Positions 43,836-54,148 of a stretch of 64,000 nucleotides of DNA are shown piece after piece (position 1 is the stretch's first letter; each line of letters starts with the position of its first letter). The position numbers and the translations under genes are program-made. Source of the DNA: Candidatus Vogelbacteria bacterium (GTDB lineage: Bacteria; Patescibacteriota; Minisyncoccia; Phycocordibacterales; XYD1-FULL-46-19); the NCBI GenBank assembly GCA_903878275.1, contig CAIRHC010000002.1, positions 29,218 to 93,217 of the forward strand, given 5' to 3'. Under the pieces are notes generated by a model. The model searched no databases. It had not been told where the DNA came from and was given only the letters and a program-made list of their open reading frames with translations.

Positions 43836-44043
43836 AGGATTGTTCCATTTTAAAACCCCCGCCCAAATTTTGCACAGCAAAAATTGGGTCGGGTAAACTT
43901 GCGGAATTGTCGCCAGCATGGTTTTTGCTTTCGGAGCTGAAAGCTCGTTCCGCACGAAGTAGTGGAACAAAAGCAAAATGGCGACTTGAAGCAGAGGAAA
44001 AAGCCCCGCTGGGGCTTTTTCTGTGGTTTTAAAATGGAACAAT
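43836..44043. repeat. 208-bp element bounded by perfect 19-bp terminal inverted repeats (gattgttccattttaaaac ... gttttaaaatggaacaatc), with internal nested hairpins and a bidirectional terminator
   Basis: Read directly. Internal stems are ttttgcttttg/caaaagcaaaa, gttcc-gcacgaagtagt-ggaac, and aaaagcccc-gctg-gggcttttt. Confidence 0.45.
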
Positions 44044-46328
44044 CAGAGCAATTTTTTGGCTTTTAATCGCAAGGAATTCCCCACCACCGATACGCTCGAA
44101 CCCGCCATTGCCATACCAGCAAAAACCGGATTTAGAATAATTCCCAGAACCGGATACAAGAGACCGGCGGCAACCGGAATACCGATGACATTGTAAATAA
44201 ACGCCCAGAAAAGATTTTGTTTGATAGTACGCATCGTCGCTCGAGAAAGATCAAATGCCTGCGACAATTTATTCATATCGCCCTTCAACAGAGTAATACC
44301 TGCCGACTCAATCGCCACGTCCGTACCAGTCGCCATAGCGATGCCGACATCCGCTTGAGCCAGCGCTGGAGCATCGTTGATACCATCGCCAACCATCGCC
44401 ACTTTCCGCCCCTGTTTTTGCAATTCTTTTATTTTGTTCGCTTTGTCTTGTGGCAAGACTTCGGCAATCACCTCATCAATGCCCGCAAGACCGGCAATGT
44501 AATGAGCCACCGCTTCGTTGTCACCGGTGAGCATAATCGTCTTAATTTTTTTCTGATGTAATTTCGCAATCGCCACTTTGACTTCGGATTTTATCGTATC
44601 GCTAATGGCAATATAACCAATCGCCTTTTCGCTTTTTTCTAAAATCACCACGGTTTTCCCCTCGCTTTGCAAAGTGCGAATTTTTTCATCTTTCTCGCCA
44701 CTTGGTTTTTTGACCATCACCGACATTCCATCAATTTCCGCTTTGACACCCACTCCTTCCAAATTTAAAAAACTTTCAACTTCAAAAAAATCTAAACCGG
44801 CTTTTTGGGCTCGCTCAACAATCGCCAGAGCTAAAGGATGATCCGAATTTTTTTCCACACTACCCGCCAATTTCAAAATATCTTTTTCGGTCAAATTATT
44901 ATCCAAAATCACGATATCAGTAACTTCTGGAGTGCCTTTGGTAATTGTGCCGGTTTTATCAAACACCACCGTATCGACGGCGCTCAATTTTTCTAAACTC
45001 TCGGCATTTTTAATTAAGATGCCATATTCCGCACCCTTACCTACACCAACAATAATCGCCGTCGGTGTTGCCAAACCCAAAGCACACGGACAGGCAATCA
45101 CTAAAATTCCCACAAATGATAAGATGCCAAAAGATAAAGCCGAAGAGAAGCCGAGGAAGCTCGCACCAATCGTCAGCCAAGCAAGCAAAGAAACAATTGA
45201 AATACCTAAAACAATCGGCACAAAAATCGAAGAAATTTTATCGGCAAGATCTTGAATCGGCGCTTTAGAACCTTGGGCTTCTTCCACCATTTTTACAATT
45301 TGTGCCAGCATCGTATCCGAACCAATTTTTGTCGCTTCAAATTTAAAAGCGCCCTGTTTATTGATCGTCGCCCCCACCACCCAATCCCCAACTTTTTTAT
45401 CAACCGGTAATGATTCACCGGTAATCATTGATTCATCGATCGAAGAACTGCCAGAAATAATTTTGCCATCGACAGGAACCTTGGCTCCCGGCTTGACGAT
45501 AATCATGTCGCCAATTTTCACTTCACCAATTGGAATTTCGATTTCTTTGTCATCTCGCAAAACCAAAGCGGTCTTGGCTTGCAAACCAAGTAATTTTTCA
45601 ATCGCTTCACCGGTTTTTAGTTTCGAGCGAGCTTCGAGATATTTACCCAAAGTCACAAAACCAATCACGACAATTGTCACATCAAAATAAGTGGCATCGG
45701 GAGCGTGAAGCAAAGCTTTGACCGCCGGAAAAAGTGTCATGACCACACTATAAATATAAGCAACGAGCGTCCCAATACCAATCAGTGTATCCATATTTGC
45801 CACGCGAAATTTTACAAACCGCCACACTCCAAGCAAAAACGGCTGACCGATCCAGAAAATCACGAAGGTTGCCAAAATTAAAAAGATGGGATTTAAAGCG
45901 TCCATTGAAATCGGAAATTCTGGCACTGAAAGAAATTCCACCAAAATCTGCCACATCATCAAAACAAAAATAATCAACGAGACAGGCAAAACAAATTGCA
46001 CTTTCATTTTTTGCGAGGCAAGCTCTTTCAGTTTTGTTTCTTTTGATTGACCGATACCGGCATGTGCCGAATGATCCATTCCACCACCCATATTGTGACC
46101 TTCGTGACCAGTATGTTCCATAGAATCAATCAAGCTATAACCCAAAGGACCAATAACTTTATTGAACTCGGCGATTGAAGATTGTTGCATATCGTAATCA
46201 ATCTTCGCCTTTTCGGTCGCAAAATTAACATCAACATTATCCACCCCGGGTAATTTTGATAATTTATCGGTGATAATACCAGCACAACTAGCACAATGCA
46301 TTCCTTTTATTTCATATACGTGTTTCAT
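44043..46328 (-). CDS. copA: copper-translocating P1B-type ATPase
   Basis: N-terminal HMA (GMHCASCAG), CPC motif ([10 protein letters not shown]), [17 protein letters not shown]. Confidence 0.9.
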   Translation of the reverse strand: MKHVYEIKGMHCASCAGIITDKLSKLPGVDNVDVNFATEKAKIDYDMQQSSIAEFNKVIGPLGYSLIDSMEHTGHEGHNMGGGMDHSAHAGIGQSKETKLKELASQKMKVQFVLPVSLIIFVLMMWQILVEFLSVPEFPISMDALNPIFLILATFVIFWIGQPFLLGVWRFVKFRVANMDTLIGIGTLVAYIYSVVMTLFPAVKALLHAPDATYFDVTIVVIGFVTLGKYLEARSKLKTGEAIEKLLGLQAKTALVLRDDKEIEIPIGEVKIGDMIIVKPGAKVPVDGKIISGSSSIDESMITGESLPVDKKVGDWVVGATINKQGAFKFEATKIGSDTMLAQIVKMVEEAQGSKAPIQDLADKISSIFVPIVLGISIVSLLAWLTIGASFLGFSSALSFGILSFVGILVIACPCALGLATPTAIIVGVGKGAEYGILIKNAESLEKLSAVDTVVFDKTGTITKGTPEVTDIVILDNNLTEKDILKLAGSVEKNSDHPLALAIVERAQKAGLDFFEVESFLNLEGVGVKAEIDGMSVMVKKPSGEKDEKIRTLQSEGKTVVILEKSEKAIGYIAISDTIKSEVKVAIAKLHQKKIKTIMLTGDNEAVAHYIAGLAGIDEVIAEVLPQDKANKIKELQKQGRKVAMVGDGINDAPALAQADVGIAMATGTDVAIESAGITLLKGDMNKLSQAFDLSRATMRTIKQNLFWAFIYNVIGIPVAAGLLYPVLGIILNPVFAGMAMAGSSVSVVGNSLRLKAKKLL

Positions 46329-46342
46329 ATTTTAATTTTTAT

Positions 46343-46534
46343 CTAGCCGTTAAATTCTTCTGGATTAGCATCAAACTGCTCTTTGCAATGTTCGGAACAA
46401 AAATAATAATCTTTACCTTGATACTTAGACTCCGGAATTTCGCTCGACGCAACCATACCACAGACCGGATCCAAATGTTCGTTTTCTTTTTTGTTTGACA
46501 AAGTATTCATTAATTTTTTAGTTAAGTTAATCAA
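46343..46534 (-). CDS. YHS/TRASH-domain metal-binding protein (63 aa)
   Basis: DPVCGM...YYFCSEHCKEQF. Confidence 0.55.
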   Translation of the reverse strand: MINLTKKLMNTLSNKKENEHLDPVCGMVASSEIPESKYQGKDYYFCSEHCKEQFDANPEEFNG

Positions 46535-47954
46535 TTACTTTTAATTTCCCACGCGGTACGCCCATCGCACAGGTGATAAGATAATCTCCCGCTTCGGTCG
46601 GCGTAAAATCCATTTTGATAATAGTCCCAGCTTGTAAATATGTTGATTTGGGATAAAGATGTTGAATCATAATCGTACTCATACAACCTTGACCATTTTC
46701 TTTGACATCAACTCGGAAACTGACCGGCTGACCTTTTTTAACGGTGAAAGTATTTGGTTGGATATCATCATTTAAAGTATAGGTGGTTTTAATCACTTGC
46801 ACGTCATTACTATTATTGGTCACCGGCTCACTAGAAGTCGAAGTGTTATTAGAAGTATCTGACACCACGATTGGTTGCCCCACATTTTCTTCGACGGTCG
46901 TACCGGTAAAAGCAAAATTTGTCCACTTATTTAAATCGACAAAATTAAATTGCACATTCAAATTATAGAACACAAAAAACAAAACGAGAATACCAGCAAT
47001 GCGCATAAAACGATTTGCCAGATTTTCATTTTTTAATAATTTGGCACTGGAGACGCCAATCGCCATAAGTGGTATCGCCGTACCCAAAGCAAAAGAGCCT
47101 AGCATTATCGCTCCGCGAAAAGGATTGCCAGACAACACCGCAAAACCTTCGACCATTAAAGTAAAACCGCACGGTAAAATAAAAGTCAGAAAACCAAAAG
47201 TGAAGGGCATTAACCGGTTTTTTCCACTTGGACCGCCCGCCACTTTTCGGGTCAAACTTTTTGGCAAAGCAATTTTAAATCGTTGAAAAGATTTTACGCC
47301 GAGCATTTGCAAGGCCAGAGCCGTCATCAAACCAGAGATAATAATAACTAGAGCCGAATTAACGGTTAGCGAAAACTGAAATTTTTCACCAACAAAACCC
47401 AAAAACAAACCGAGTATTCCATAGGAAATAATTCTCCCGATATTAAACATCAAGCTTGGCTCCCAACTAGCTTTTTTGTTTGCTTCTTTGCCATATTGTT
47501 CTTGCCACTGTTTTGACAAAGATAAAAGCAAACCACCGACTAAGGCGGCGCAGCTAGACAAACCAGCAATAATGCCAAAGATAAAAAACACCGGCCAAGA
47601 AGCTGAAGCGGTCACGTTGACCAAACCAGACAAACCAAGTTTTTCTAATAGCAAAAAGATGATAATAATAGTAACCGCTGGCAATAAAGCAGACGAATTT
47701 AACTCATTTTCTATTTTAGCCAAATTTTTATTCTCAACACCCACTTTTTCTGAAAAATTATAATTCCGGTCGGCAAAAAATTTATTTAACTCATTTACAC
47801 TAGGTTTCTGACCTTGATAATCAAAAACGACTTCCCCTTTAGCTAGAGAAGCGTCAGCAAAAGAAACACCAGGAAATTCTAGCATCTTTTTTTCAATTGA
47901 GAGCTCACAAGATGCACAATGCATCCCTTTAATATAATAAATTGAACGTGCCAT
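46527..47954 (-). CDS. three-module copper-handling membrane protein: N-terminal HMA, a CcdA/DsbD-like polytopic membrane domain, and a C-terminal cupredoxin-like domain
   Basis: GMHCASCELSIEKK (HMA); a hydrophobic core with paired Cys (SSCAALVGG..., ILPCGFT); C-terminal ...GQGCMSTIMIQHL...YLITCAMG. Confidence 0.5.
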   Translation of the reverse strand: MARSIYYIKGMHCASCELSIEKKMLEFPGVSFADASLAKGEVVFDYQGQKPSVNELNKFFADRNYNFSEKVGVENKNLAKIENELNSSALLPAVTIIIIFLLLEKLGLSGLVNVTASASWPVFFIFGIIAGLSSCAALVGGLLLSLSKQWQEQYGKEANKKASWEPSLMFNIGRIISYGILGLFLGFVGEKFQFSLTVNSALVIIISGLMTALALQMLGVKSFQRFKIALPKSLTRKVAGGPSGKNRLMPFTFGFLTFILPCGFTLMVEGFAVLSGNPFRGAIMLGSFALGTAIPLMAIGVSSAKLLKNENLANRFMRIAGILVLFFVFYNLNVQFNFVDLNKWTNFAFTGTTVEENVGQPIVVSDTSNNTSTSSEPVTNNSNDVQVIKTTYTLNDDIQPNTFTVKKGQPVSFRVDVKENGQGCMSTIMIQHLYPKSTYLQAGTIIKMDFTPTEAGDYLITCAMGVPRGKLKVID

Positions 47955-47955
47955 A

Positions 47956-48252
47956 TTATTTATTTGATAATTTGGAAACTTTAATAATTTCTTCGACCAT
48001 CTCTTCTTGTTTTTTCTTATTATTAGATTCTACCGCACTAGCAAAACAGCCGTGCAAATGATTTTCCATTAAAGTCTGATGGGCTGATTTTAAAAGACCA
48101 ATCACCGCCAAGTTTTGTTGCATTACGCTAATACAATAATGACCGTCTTCGACCATTTTTATAATATTACTCAAATGAGTATGGGCCTTGCGAAAGCTAA
48201 TTAACGCCTTTGTCCGCTTCTCTTTATCTTTTTCTTTAATATCTTTTGTCAT
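47956..48252 (-). CDS. csoR: CsoR/RcnR-family copper-sensing repressor
   Basis: HYCISVMQQ...AHQTLMENHLHGC carries the conserved C-H-C ligand pattern of CsoR. Confidence 0.7.
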   Translation of the reverse strand: MTKDIKEKDKEKRTKALISFRKAHTHLSNIIKMVEDGHYCISVMQQNLAVIGLLKSAHQTLMENHLHGCFASAVESNNKKKQEEMVEEIIKVSKLSNK

Positions 48253-48287
48253 AAATTATTAGTTAGAATTTTGTTATTAATATTTAT

Positions 48288-48313
48288 ACCTACACCTAGG
48301 GTACAGGTGTAAC
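48288..48313. promoter_or_regulatory. candidate CsoR operator: 7-7-7 palindrome TACACCT-AGGGTAC-AGGTGTA about 40 bp upstream of csoR
   Basis: Read directly; GC-rich pseudo-palindromes of this kind are typical CsoR sites. Confidence 0.4.
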
Positions 48314-48544
48314 ACAACACTGTCAACCAAAAACAGTGGATAAATAAAAAGCCCGCTCGACCAAAAATTGGTCGAGCGGTTAAAAATCAGTACGCCGAAC
48401 ATCCACGTAACAAAAAATAAAACACCGTAAAAACTAGTACGCCAAGTTTCATTTTTATCGCTCCTCAAAGTTACTTGATTTCAGGTTAACTTGTATCTAC
48501 CCCAAATCTAAACCTATTTCTTCCAAAGTCAATATATCTTTTAC

Positions 48545-48631
48545 TGGTGCGTAGGGCAGGATTTGAACCTGCGTAGCCCATTGGGCGACAGATTTACAGT
48601 CTGTTGCGATTGACCACTCCGCCACCTACGC
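48545..48631 (-). tRNA. tRNA-Tyr (anticodon GTA), long variable arm
   Basis: rc reads GCGTAGGTGGCGGAGTGGTCAATCGCAACAGACTGTAAATCTGTCGCCCAATGGGCTACGCAGGTTCAAATCCTGCCCTACGCACCA. Confidence 0.8.
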
Positions 48632-48679
48632 ATAATTACTCAACTGGCATTTTAACTTAAAAACCCCAGTTGTGCAATT

Positions 48680-51370
48680 TTATTTTTTACTCGAAGCTTG
48701 CTGACGAGAACCGCTCAAGCTGATTCGACTCTTGATTCTTTTTTCAAGATTAACGACCGGTTTACCATCTTTTATATCCACAATGACCGTTCCCCCGCCA
48801 AGAACCTGACGAGAGATAATAAACTGCGCCACCGGATTAAGAATCTTACTTTGAATCAAACGCTTCATCGGACGAGCACCGAATTCTGGGCTGTAACCTT
48901 CTTTTGATAAATAGGTTAAAACTTCCGGCTTTACTTCTAAAATCAAATCTTTCAACTTCAACCTTTTGCGAACAATTTCTAATTGCAAATCAACAATCTG
49001 CGCCAACACTTCCGGCAAAAGCGGACTGAAAACCACAATTTCGTCAAGACGATTAATAAATTCTGGTCGGAAATGATCTTTCAAACTATCAACAATCTTT
49101 CCCTTAACCGCTTCGAAGTCTTCTTTTTCGGTAGAGACATTAGAAAAACCGATCCGTTGAAAATTCTTGATAAACTGGCTACCAATATTTGACGTCAGAA
49201 TAATAATCGTGTTTTTGAAATTAACTACGCGCCCTTTGGAATCAGTCAAACGACCATTATCCAAAACTTGAAGCAACACATTGAAAACTTCCGGATGCGC
49301 TTTTTCAATTTCATCAAACAACAAAACAGAATATGGTCGATGACGAACAAGCTCGGTCAAATTACCACCTTCTTCGTGGCCGACATAACCAGGTGGCGAA
49401 CCGATGAGTTTCGACACTGAATACTTTTCCATATATTCGGACATATCCACTCGAATCAAAGATTTTTCATCATTAAACAAAAACTCGGCGAGAGCTTTGG
49501 CGAGCTCGGTTTTACCGACACCAGATGGACCAAGAAACATAAACGAGCCAATTGGTCGATCAGGATCCGAAATACCCGCTCTCGATCGCTGAACGGCTTC
49601 AGCCACCTTTTGCACCGCCTCATCTTGACCACGAACCCGCTTTTTCAAATCGTCTTCCATCCTCACGAGTTTGTCACTTTCCTCTTCCAACATTTTCATT
49701 ACCGGAATACCGGTCCAGCGAGAAACTACACGCGCAATATCTTCTTCGGTCACTTCTTCTTTTAAAATTTTCCGCGCACTTTGCAATTTTTTTAATTTCA
49801 ATTCTTTCACCTTGAGCAATTTTTGCAATTCCGGAATTTTACCATAAAGAATTTCAGCGGCTTTCGCCAGGTCGGCTCGCATTTCGGCTTGACCAGCTTC
49901 AAAACGCATTTTTTCCAATTCGCCTTTGACCGCCCGCATTTCACCGATCAATTGCTTTTCATTTTTCCATTTCAATTCAAGCTCGCTAATTTTTTCTTTC
50001 AATTCGCCAATTTCTTTCTCAATTTCTTTCACCCGATTTTTCGCACTTTTGTTGTCGTTGATTTCGGATTCTTTTTTTAGCGCTTCTTTTTCAACTTCCA
50101 AACGCATTATTTTTCGTTCACCATCTTCGAGTGCCACCGGTTTATTTTCCAATTGCAGACGCAACGCTGATGCCGATTCATCAATCAAATCAATCGCCTT
50201 ATCTGGCAAAAAACGATCAGTAATATAACGGCTGGACAAATTCACCGCCGACACAATCGCGTCGTCCGTAATGTGCACGCCATGATGAAGTTCATATTTG
50301 TCTTTCAGCCCTCGCAAAATCGTCACCGCATCTTCCACACTTGGCTCCTCAACAGTCACCGGCTGAAAACGACGAGTGAGCGCCTGATCTTTCTCGATAT
50401 ATTTTTGATATTCTTTTATGGTCGTAGCACCAATGGTTCGCAATTCGCCTCGTGCCAAAGCTGGCTTGAGCATATTCGAAGCATCAATCGCCCCCTCCGC
50501 CGCACCCGCACCAACGATCGTATGAATTTCGTCAATAAACAAAATTATCTTGCCTTCAGATTTTTCTATTTCTTTAATTAAATTTTTTAAGCGCTCTTCA
50601 AATTCACCTCGATATTTTGTGCCCGCCAAAAGTAAGCCGAGATCAAGCGACACAATTTCTTTGTCGCGCAAAGATTCCGGCGCGTCACCTTTGGCGATGC
50701 GAATCGCTAAACCTTCGGCAATTGCCGTTTTCCCTGTCCCCGCCTCGCCGACCAACACCGGATTATTTTTAGTCCGACGCGACAAAATTTCCATAATGCG
50801 TCGAATTTCCGCATCGCGACCAATCACCGGATCAAGCTTATCAGCTCGCGCCATATCAGTCAGGTTTTTAGTAAATTTTTCAATCGCCTTTAATTTTTTT
50901 GGTGGATTCAAATTTGGCATTTTGCCCGATTTTAATTCTTCCAAAATTTTCAGCACCCCTTCTTTGTTTATGCGAAAACGAGACAAGGCTTCTTTGGCTG
51001 GACTTGGCACATCAAGAAGCGCGAGCAAAACATGCTCGGTCGAAACAAAGTCTTCACCCAGATTTCCCGCCACTTTCGCTGAAGTATCAAGCACTTTCAC
51101 CAATTCCGGCGTTAGGTAAATCTGATAAGACGGGCTCATTGTATTGGAAACTCCCGAACCATCAATACTATCTAAAACATAATCAGTCAACATTATTGTG
51201 TCGGCTTCGAGTTTATCAACAATCGAGACAGTCAGGCTTTCGTCTTGCAATAAAAGTGACGCCAAAAGATGCATTGGACTAACCTGATTTTGTCCACGCT
51301 CAATCGCCAGCTCGTGAGCGCGCCGGATAACTTCTCTCGCTTTGGATGTAAAATTTTGAAATGGAGGCAT
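48680..51370 (-). CDS. clpB: chaperone ClpB (two AAA+ modules plus a middle coiled-coil)
   Basis: N-domain, D1 ([13 protein letters not shown]), a long coiled-coil M-domain, and D2 ([15 protein letters not shown]). Confidence 0.9.
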   Translation of the reverse strand: MPPFQNFTSKAREVIRRAHELAIERGQNQVSPMHLLASLLLQDESLTVSIVDKLEADTIMLTDYVLDSIDGSGVSNTMSPSYQIYLTPELVKVLDTSAKVAGNLGEDFVSTEHVLLALLDVPSPAKEALSRFRINKEGVLKILEELKSGKMPNLNPPKKLKAIEKFTKNLTDMARADKLDPVIGRDAEIRRIMEILSRRTKNNPVLVGEAGTGKTAIAEGLAIRIAKGDAPESLRDKEIVSLDLGLLLAGTKYRGEFEERLKNLIKEIEKSEGKIILFIDEIHTIVGAGAAEGAIDASNMLKPALARGELRTIGATTIKEYQKYIEKDQALTRRFQPVTVEEPSVEDAVTILRGLKDKYELHHGVHITDDAIVSAVNLSSRYITDRFLPDKAIDLIDESASALRLQLENKPVALEDGERKIMRLEVEKEALKKESEINDNKSAKNRVKEIEKEIGELKEKISELELKWKNEKQLIGEMRAVKGELEKMRFEAGQAEMRADLAKAAEILYGKIPELQKLLKVKELKLKKLQSARKILKEEVTEEDIARVVSRWTGIPVMKMLEEESDKLVRMEDDLKKRVRGQDEAVQKVAEAVQRSRAGISDPDRPIGSFMFLGPSGVGKTELAKALAEFLFNDEKSLIRVDMSEYMEKYSVSKLIGSPPGYVGHEEGGNLTELVRHRPYSVLLFDEIEKAHPEVFNVLLQVLDNGRLTDSKGRVVNFKNTIIILTSNIGSQFIKNFQRIGFSNVSTEKEDFEAVKGKIVDSLKDHFRPEFINRLDEIVVFSPLLPEVLAQIVDLQLEIVRKRLKLKDLILEVKPEVLTYLSKEGYSPEFGARPMKRLIQSKILNPVAQFIISRQVLGGGTVIVDIKDGKPVVNLEKRIKSRISLSGSRQQASSKK

Positions 51371-51429
51371 AAAATATAAATTTAACCACTAAATTAAAAG
51401 CGGTAGCTAGTTTAAAAATTCTACAATAA

Positions 51430-52233
51430 CTACTTTAATTTGTCAATTAAAGCCTTTAGAGATTTTATAGACAATGCATAACCGCGAGAAATACCAATGC
51501 CGATCAGATTGCCTTGAACATTAAGCACTGGTCCGCCAACATTTCTTTCTATAACCGAGCTGGTTCGCAAGACTTCTTGGGTCGTGCTGGCAGTAGTTGT
51601 GCTATTTGAAATTAATTCTGAAGTACCAAGAATCAAACCGGTGACAATGTCTGGTGTATTATTTTCAGCCAAAACCAAACTAATACTGGTCTGACCAATA
51701 CCACTAGTCGAGGAAGCGTCGATCATAAATGGCACAAGGTTGGTCGTGGTCGCCGACATTCGCAAAAAAGCGACACCACTTTCGTCCCGATAAATAACAT
51801 TCGCTTGTGAAGTTACTTTAGGAAAAACAACTGTCACTTCTTGAGTATTTGCCGGAAGAAGACGACTCGCTGTCGCGATGAGTTGCTCACCCACCACGAC
51901 CCCAGTACCAATTTTTTCAAAACCTTTGTCAGTTTTATTTTGTAATTGAACTAAACTCGGCAAAGAGCTATCTACTGCTTTAGCAATTATTTCACCTTCA
52001 TTAACAACTGGTGCTGGAATTTCTTTAACAATTCGTACGATCGTGGTCGTCGCCCCAGGCACAATTTTTTCGATAGTTCTCTCTACCACCCGATCAATCT
52101 TTCCACCAAAACTACTTTTGGTTGTCTGGTCAAAGAGGGCGATAGTAATAATCGCGGTCACGGCAGATGTTACGAGCATCACCAGAAAAACAACGAGTAA
52201 AAATTGTGTTTTATTTAAATCTTTTATATCCAT
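51430..52233 (-). CDS. membrane-anchored trypsin-like (HtrA-fold) domain protein, probably catalytically inactive
   Basis: The GNSGGP box reads NVGGPVLNVQGNLIGIGIS (Ser replaced by Val). No His appears in the GTGVVVGEQLIATASRLL region. Confidence 0.45.
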   Translation of the reverse strand: MDIKDLNKTQFLLVVFLVMLVTSAVTAIITIALFDQTTKSSFGGKIDRVVERTIEKIVPGATTTIVRIVKEIPAPVVNEGEIIAKAVDSSLPSLVQLQNKTDKGFEKIGTGVVVGEQLIATASRLLPANTQEVTVVFPKVTSQANVIYRDESGVAFLRMSATTTNLVPFMIDASSTSGIGQTSISLVLAENNTPDIVTGLILGTSELISNSTTTASTTQEVLRTSSVIERNVGGPVLNVQGNLIGIGISRGYALSIKSLKALIDKLK

Positions 52234-52295
52234 ATATTTGTGTTTTATTATACCATAATCAGCTAATTTCTTCCAACGCTTATTACAAATGGATA

Positions 52296-53510
52296 CTACC
52301 CGGTTCGCGCTATTCCATATTTAGCTAAAATCGCTTGTAAAGTTTTGACAAAAAGACCGATTTCGGACTTTTGCACTTCGCGACCGAAAGATAATCGAAC
52401 CGAACCAAGGGCTCGCTCTTTGTTACCGCTTATCACTTGCACCACATACGAACCATTTTCATCAGCAAAAGAACAAGCACTACCAGAAGACACCGCAAAA
52501 CCTTTGGCGTCTAACTCCAAAACCAATTGTTCACCTTCGAGACCTTTGACCGAAAAATTTAAAACATTCGGTAAATAATTTTCAGCATCGCCATTAATTA
52601 TTAGTTCGGGAATTTTCGTAATTAAAATATTTGATAATTCTTCACGAAACGCAGACAATTTTTTTGATTCTTTGTCTCGTTCTTTCGCACAGATAGTTAG
52701 CGCTTCCGCCAAACCGACCGCTCCAGCGACATTCACCGTGCCTGCCCGTAAACCTTTTTCTTGACCACCACCCATAATTATCGGTGAAATTTTTACACCC
52801 CGCCGAATATACAAACAGCCGATACCTTTCGGACCATAAACTTTTGAACCATTCAAAGATAGTAAATCCACACCAAGTTTTTCAACATTCAAATCAAAAA
52901 ATCTGGGAGCTTGGCACGCATCAACATGAAAGTAGGGGTAGGGATAATTTTTTTGTTTATCGGGTGGCAAGCTTGCTTTGCTATCCCGACGCCAAGCCCG
53001 AATAATCTTCGCAATTTCTTTGATTGGTTCCACTGTCCCGATTTCATTATTCGCAAACATCACCGACACTAAAAAAGTTTCTGGTGTCAAAGAATCTTTA
53101 ACAGATTTCAAATCAACTGCACCATCTTTATCTACCGGCAGATAGGTTACTTTAAATCCCCTCTTACTTAAATAGTGGCACGGCGCTAAAACTGCTTTGT
53201 GTTCGATCGGTGTAGTAATGATGTGATTTTTAAGACCTTGTTGTGGCAATGCGGTACCGAGAATAGCGAGATTGTCACTTTCGGTACCAGAACCGGTAAA
53301 AATTATTTCGTCAGGATGAGTCGCCAAAAAATCCGCGATTTTTTGGCGGCTCATCGTTAACGCTTTTTCCGCTGTCACCCCTTCAAAATGAATGCTCCCC
53401 GAATTGCCGGACAAACTCGCTTGCGATAAATAAGGCGCCATCGCCTTAAAAACCCTTTTATCCAAAGGTGTCGTAGCAGCGGTATCCCAATAAATTCGCT
53501 TGTTTTTCAC
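52296..53510 (-). CDS. cysteine desulfurase (class V aminotransferase, IscS/NifS-like)
   Basis: IYWDTAATTPLD, FHVDACQA, SLNGSKVYGPKGIGCLY (PLP Lys and active Cys). Confidence 0.85.
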   Translation of the reverse strand: MKNKRIYWDTAATTPLDKRVFKAMAPYLSQASLSGNSGSIHFEGVTAEKALTMSRQKIADFLATHPDEIIFTGSGTESDNLAILGTALPQQGLKNHIITTPIEHKAVLAPCHYLSKRGFKVTYLPVDKDGAVDLKSVKDSLTPETFLVSVMFANNEIGTVEPIKEIAKIIRAWRRDSKASLPPDKQKNYPYPYFHVDACQAPRFFDLNVEKLGVDLLSLNGSKVYGPKGIGCLYIRRGVKISPIIMGGGQEKGLRAGTVNVAGAVGLAEALTICAKERDKESKKLSAFREELSNILITKIPELIINGDAENYLPNVLNFSVKGLEGEQLVLELDAKGFAVSSGSACSFADENGSYVVQVISGNKERALGSVRLSFGREVQKSEIGLFVKTLQAILAKYGIARTG

Positions 53511-53583
53511 CCAAAAATCATACCATCTTTTCGAAATAGCTCCAATTGTTGCCTACTCTGCCGTTCTGCGTTAAAATGACTTA

Positions 53584-54042
53584 ATGAATATCGGAACACT
53601 ACTAATTATCACTGTCGGACTAGGCGCTCTGGTCTTTTTTTGCTTGATTCGCTTGTTTATTTTAGAAAAAAGACTTAGCAATATTTTAGCCGGGAAAAAT
53701 GCTCGCGACCTCGAAGACACGATCAGCGATTCTGTATCAAATATAAAAAAAATGGATTCTCGAATTTTGCTTATCGCTCAAGAAATAGACAATATCAACA
53801 AAAGACTTGCCAAAGCCATCCAAAAAGTTCAAACGGTTCGGTTTAATCCATTCAAAGACCAAGGTGGCAACCAAAGTTTCGCAACCTGTTTTATGGATGA
53901 AAACGGCGACGGCGTCATAATTTCTAGCTTATATTCGCGAGACAAAGTTGGAATCTACGCCAAAGCCCTATCCGCTGGAAAATCCGAACACGAACTTTCT
54001 GAAGAAGAAAAAGAGTCAATCGAAAAAGCCGGGTCGTTTTAG
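53584..54042 (+). CDS. hypothetical membrane-anchored protein (152 aa)
   Basis: N-terminal TM segment; the perfect hairpin terminator ccagcgctgatttt-tctaataa-aatcagcgctgg lies at 54047-54081. Confidence 0.4.
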   Translation: MNIGTLLIITVGLGALVFFCLIRLFILEKRLSNILAGKNARDLEDTISDSVSNIKKMDSRILLIAQEIDNINKRLAKAIQKVQTVRFNPFKDQGGNQSFATCFMDENGDGVIISSLYSRDKVGIYAKALSAGKSEHELSEEEKESIEKAGSF

Positions 54043-54148
54043 CCAGCGCTGATTTTTCTAATAAAATCAGCGCTGGTTGCCTTTGTTTTTAACCCGCCCA
54101 AGGCGGGTAAACCTTGTAAAAGCCCGTTTTTACTGGTTTAATATAATT

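Noticed and set aside
43794-44042. 82-aa minus-strand ORF downstream of copA
   Set aside because: It coincides with the inverted-repeat element and terminator hairpins and has no RBS. I interpret it as non-coding.
44217-45954. Several 60-115-aa ORFs inside and antisense to copA
   Set aside because: Shadow ORFs of a well-supported P-type ATPase gene.
48698-51282. Multiple + strand ORFs (62-189 aa) across the clpB locus
   Set aside because: Antisense to clpB, with low-complexity translations.
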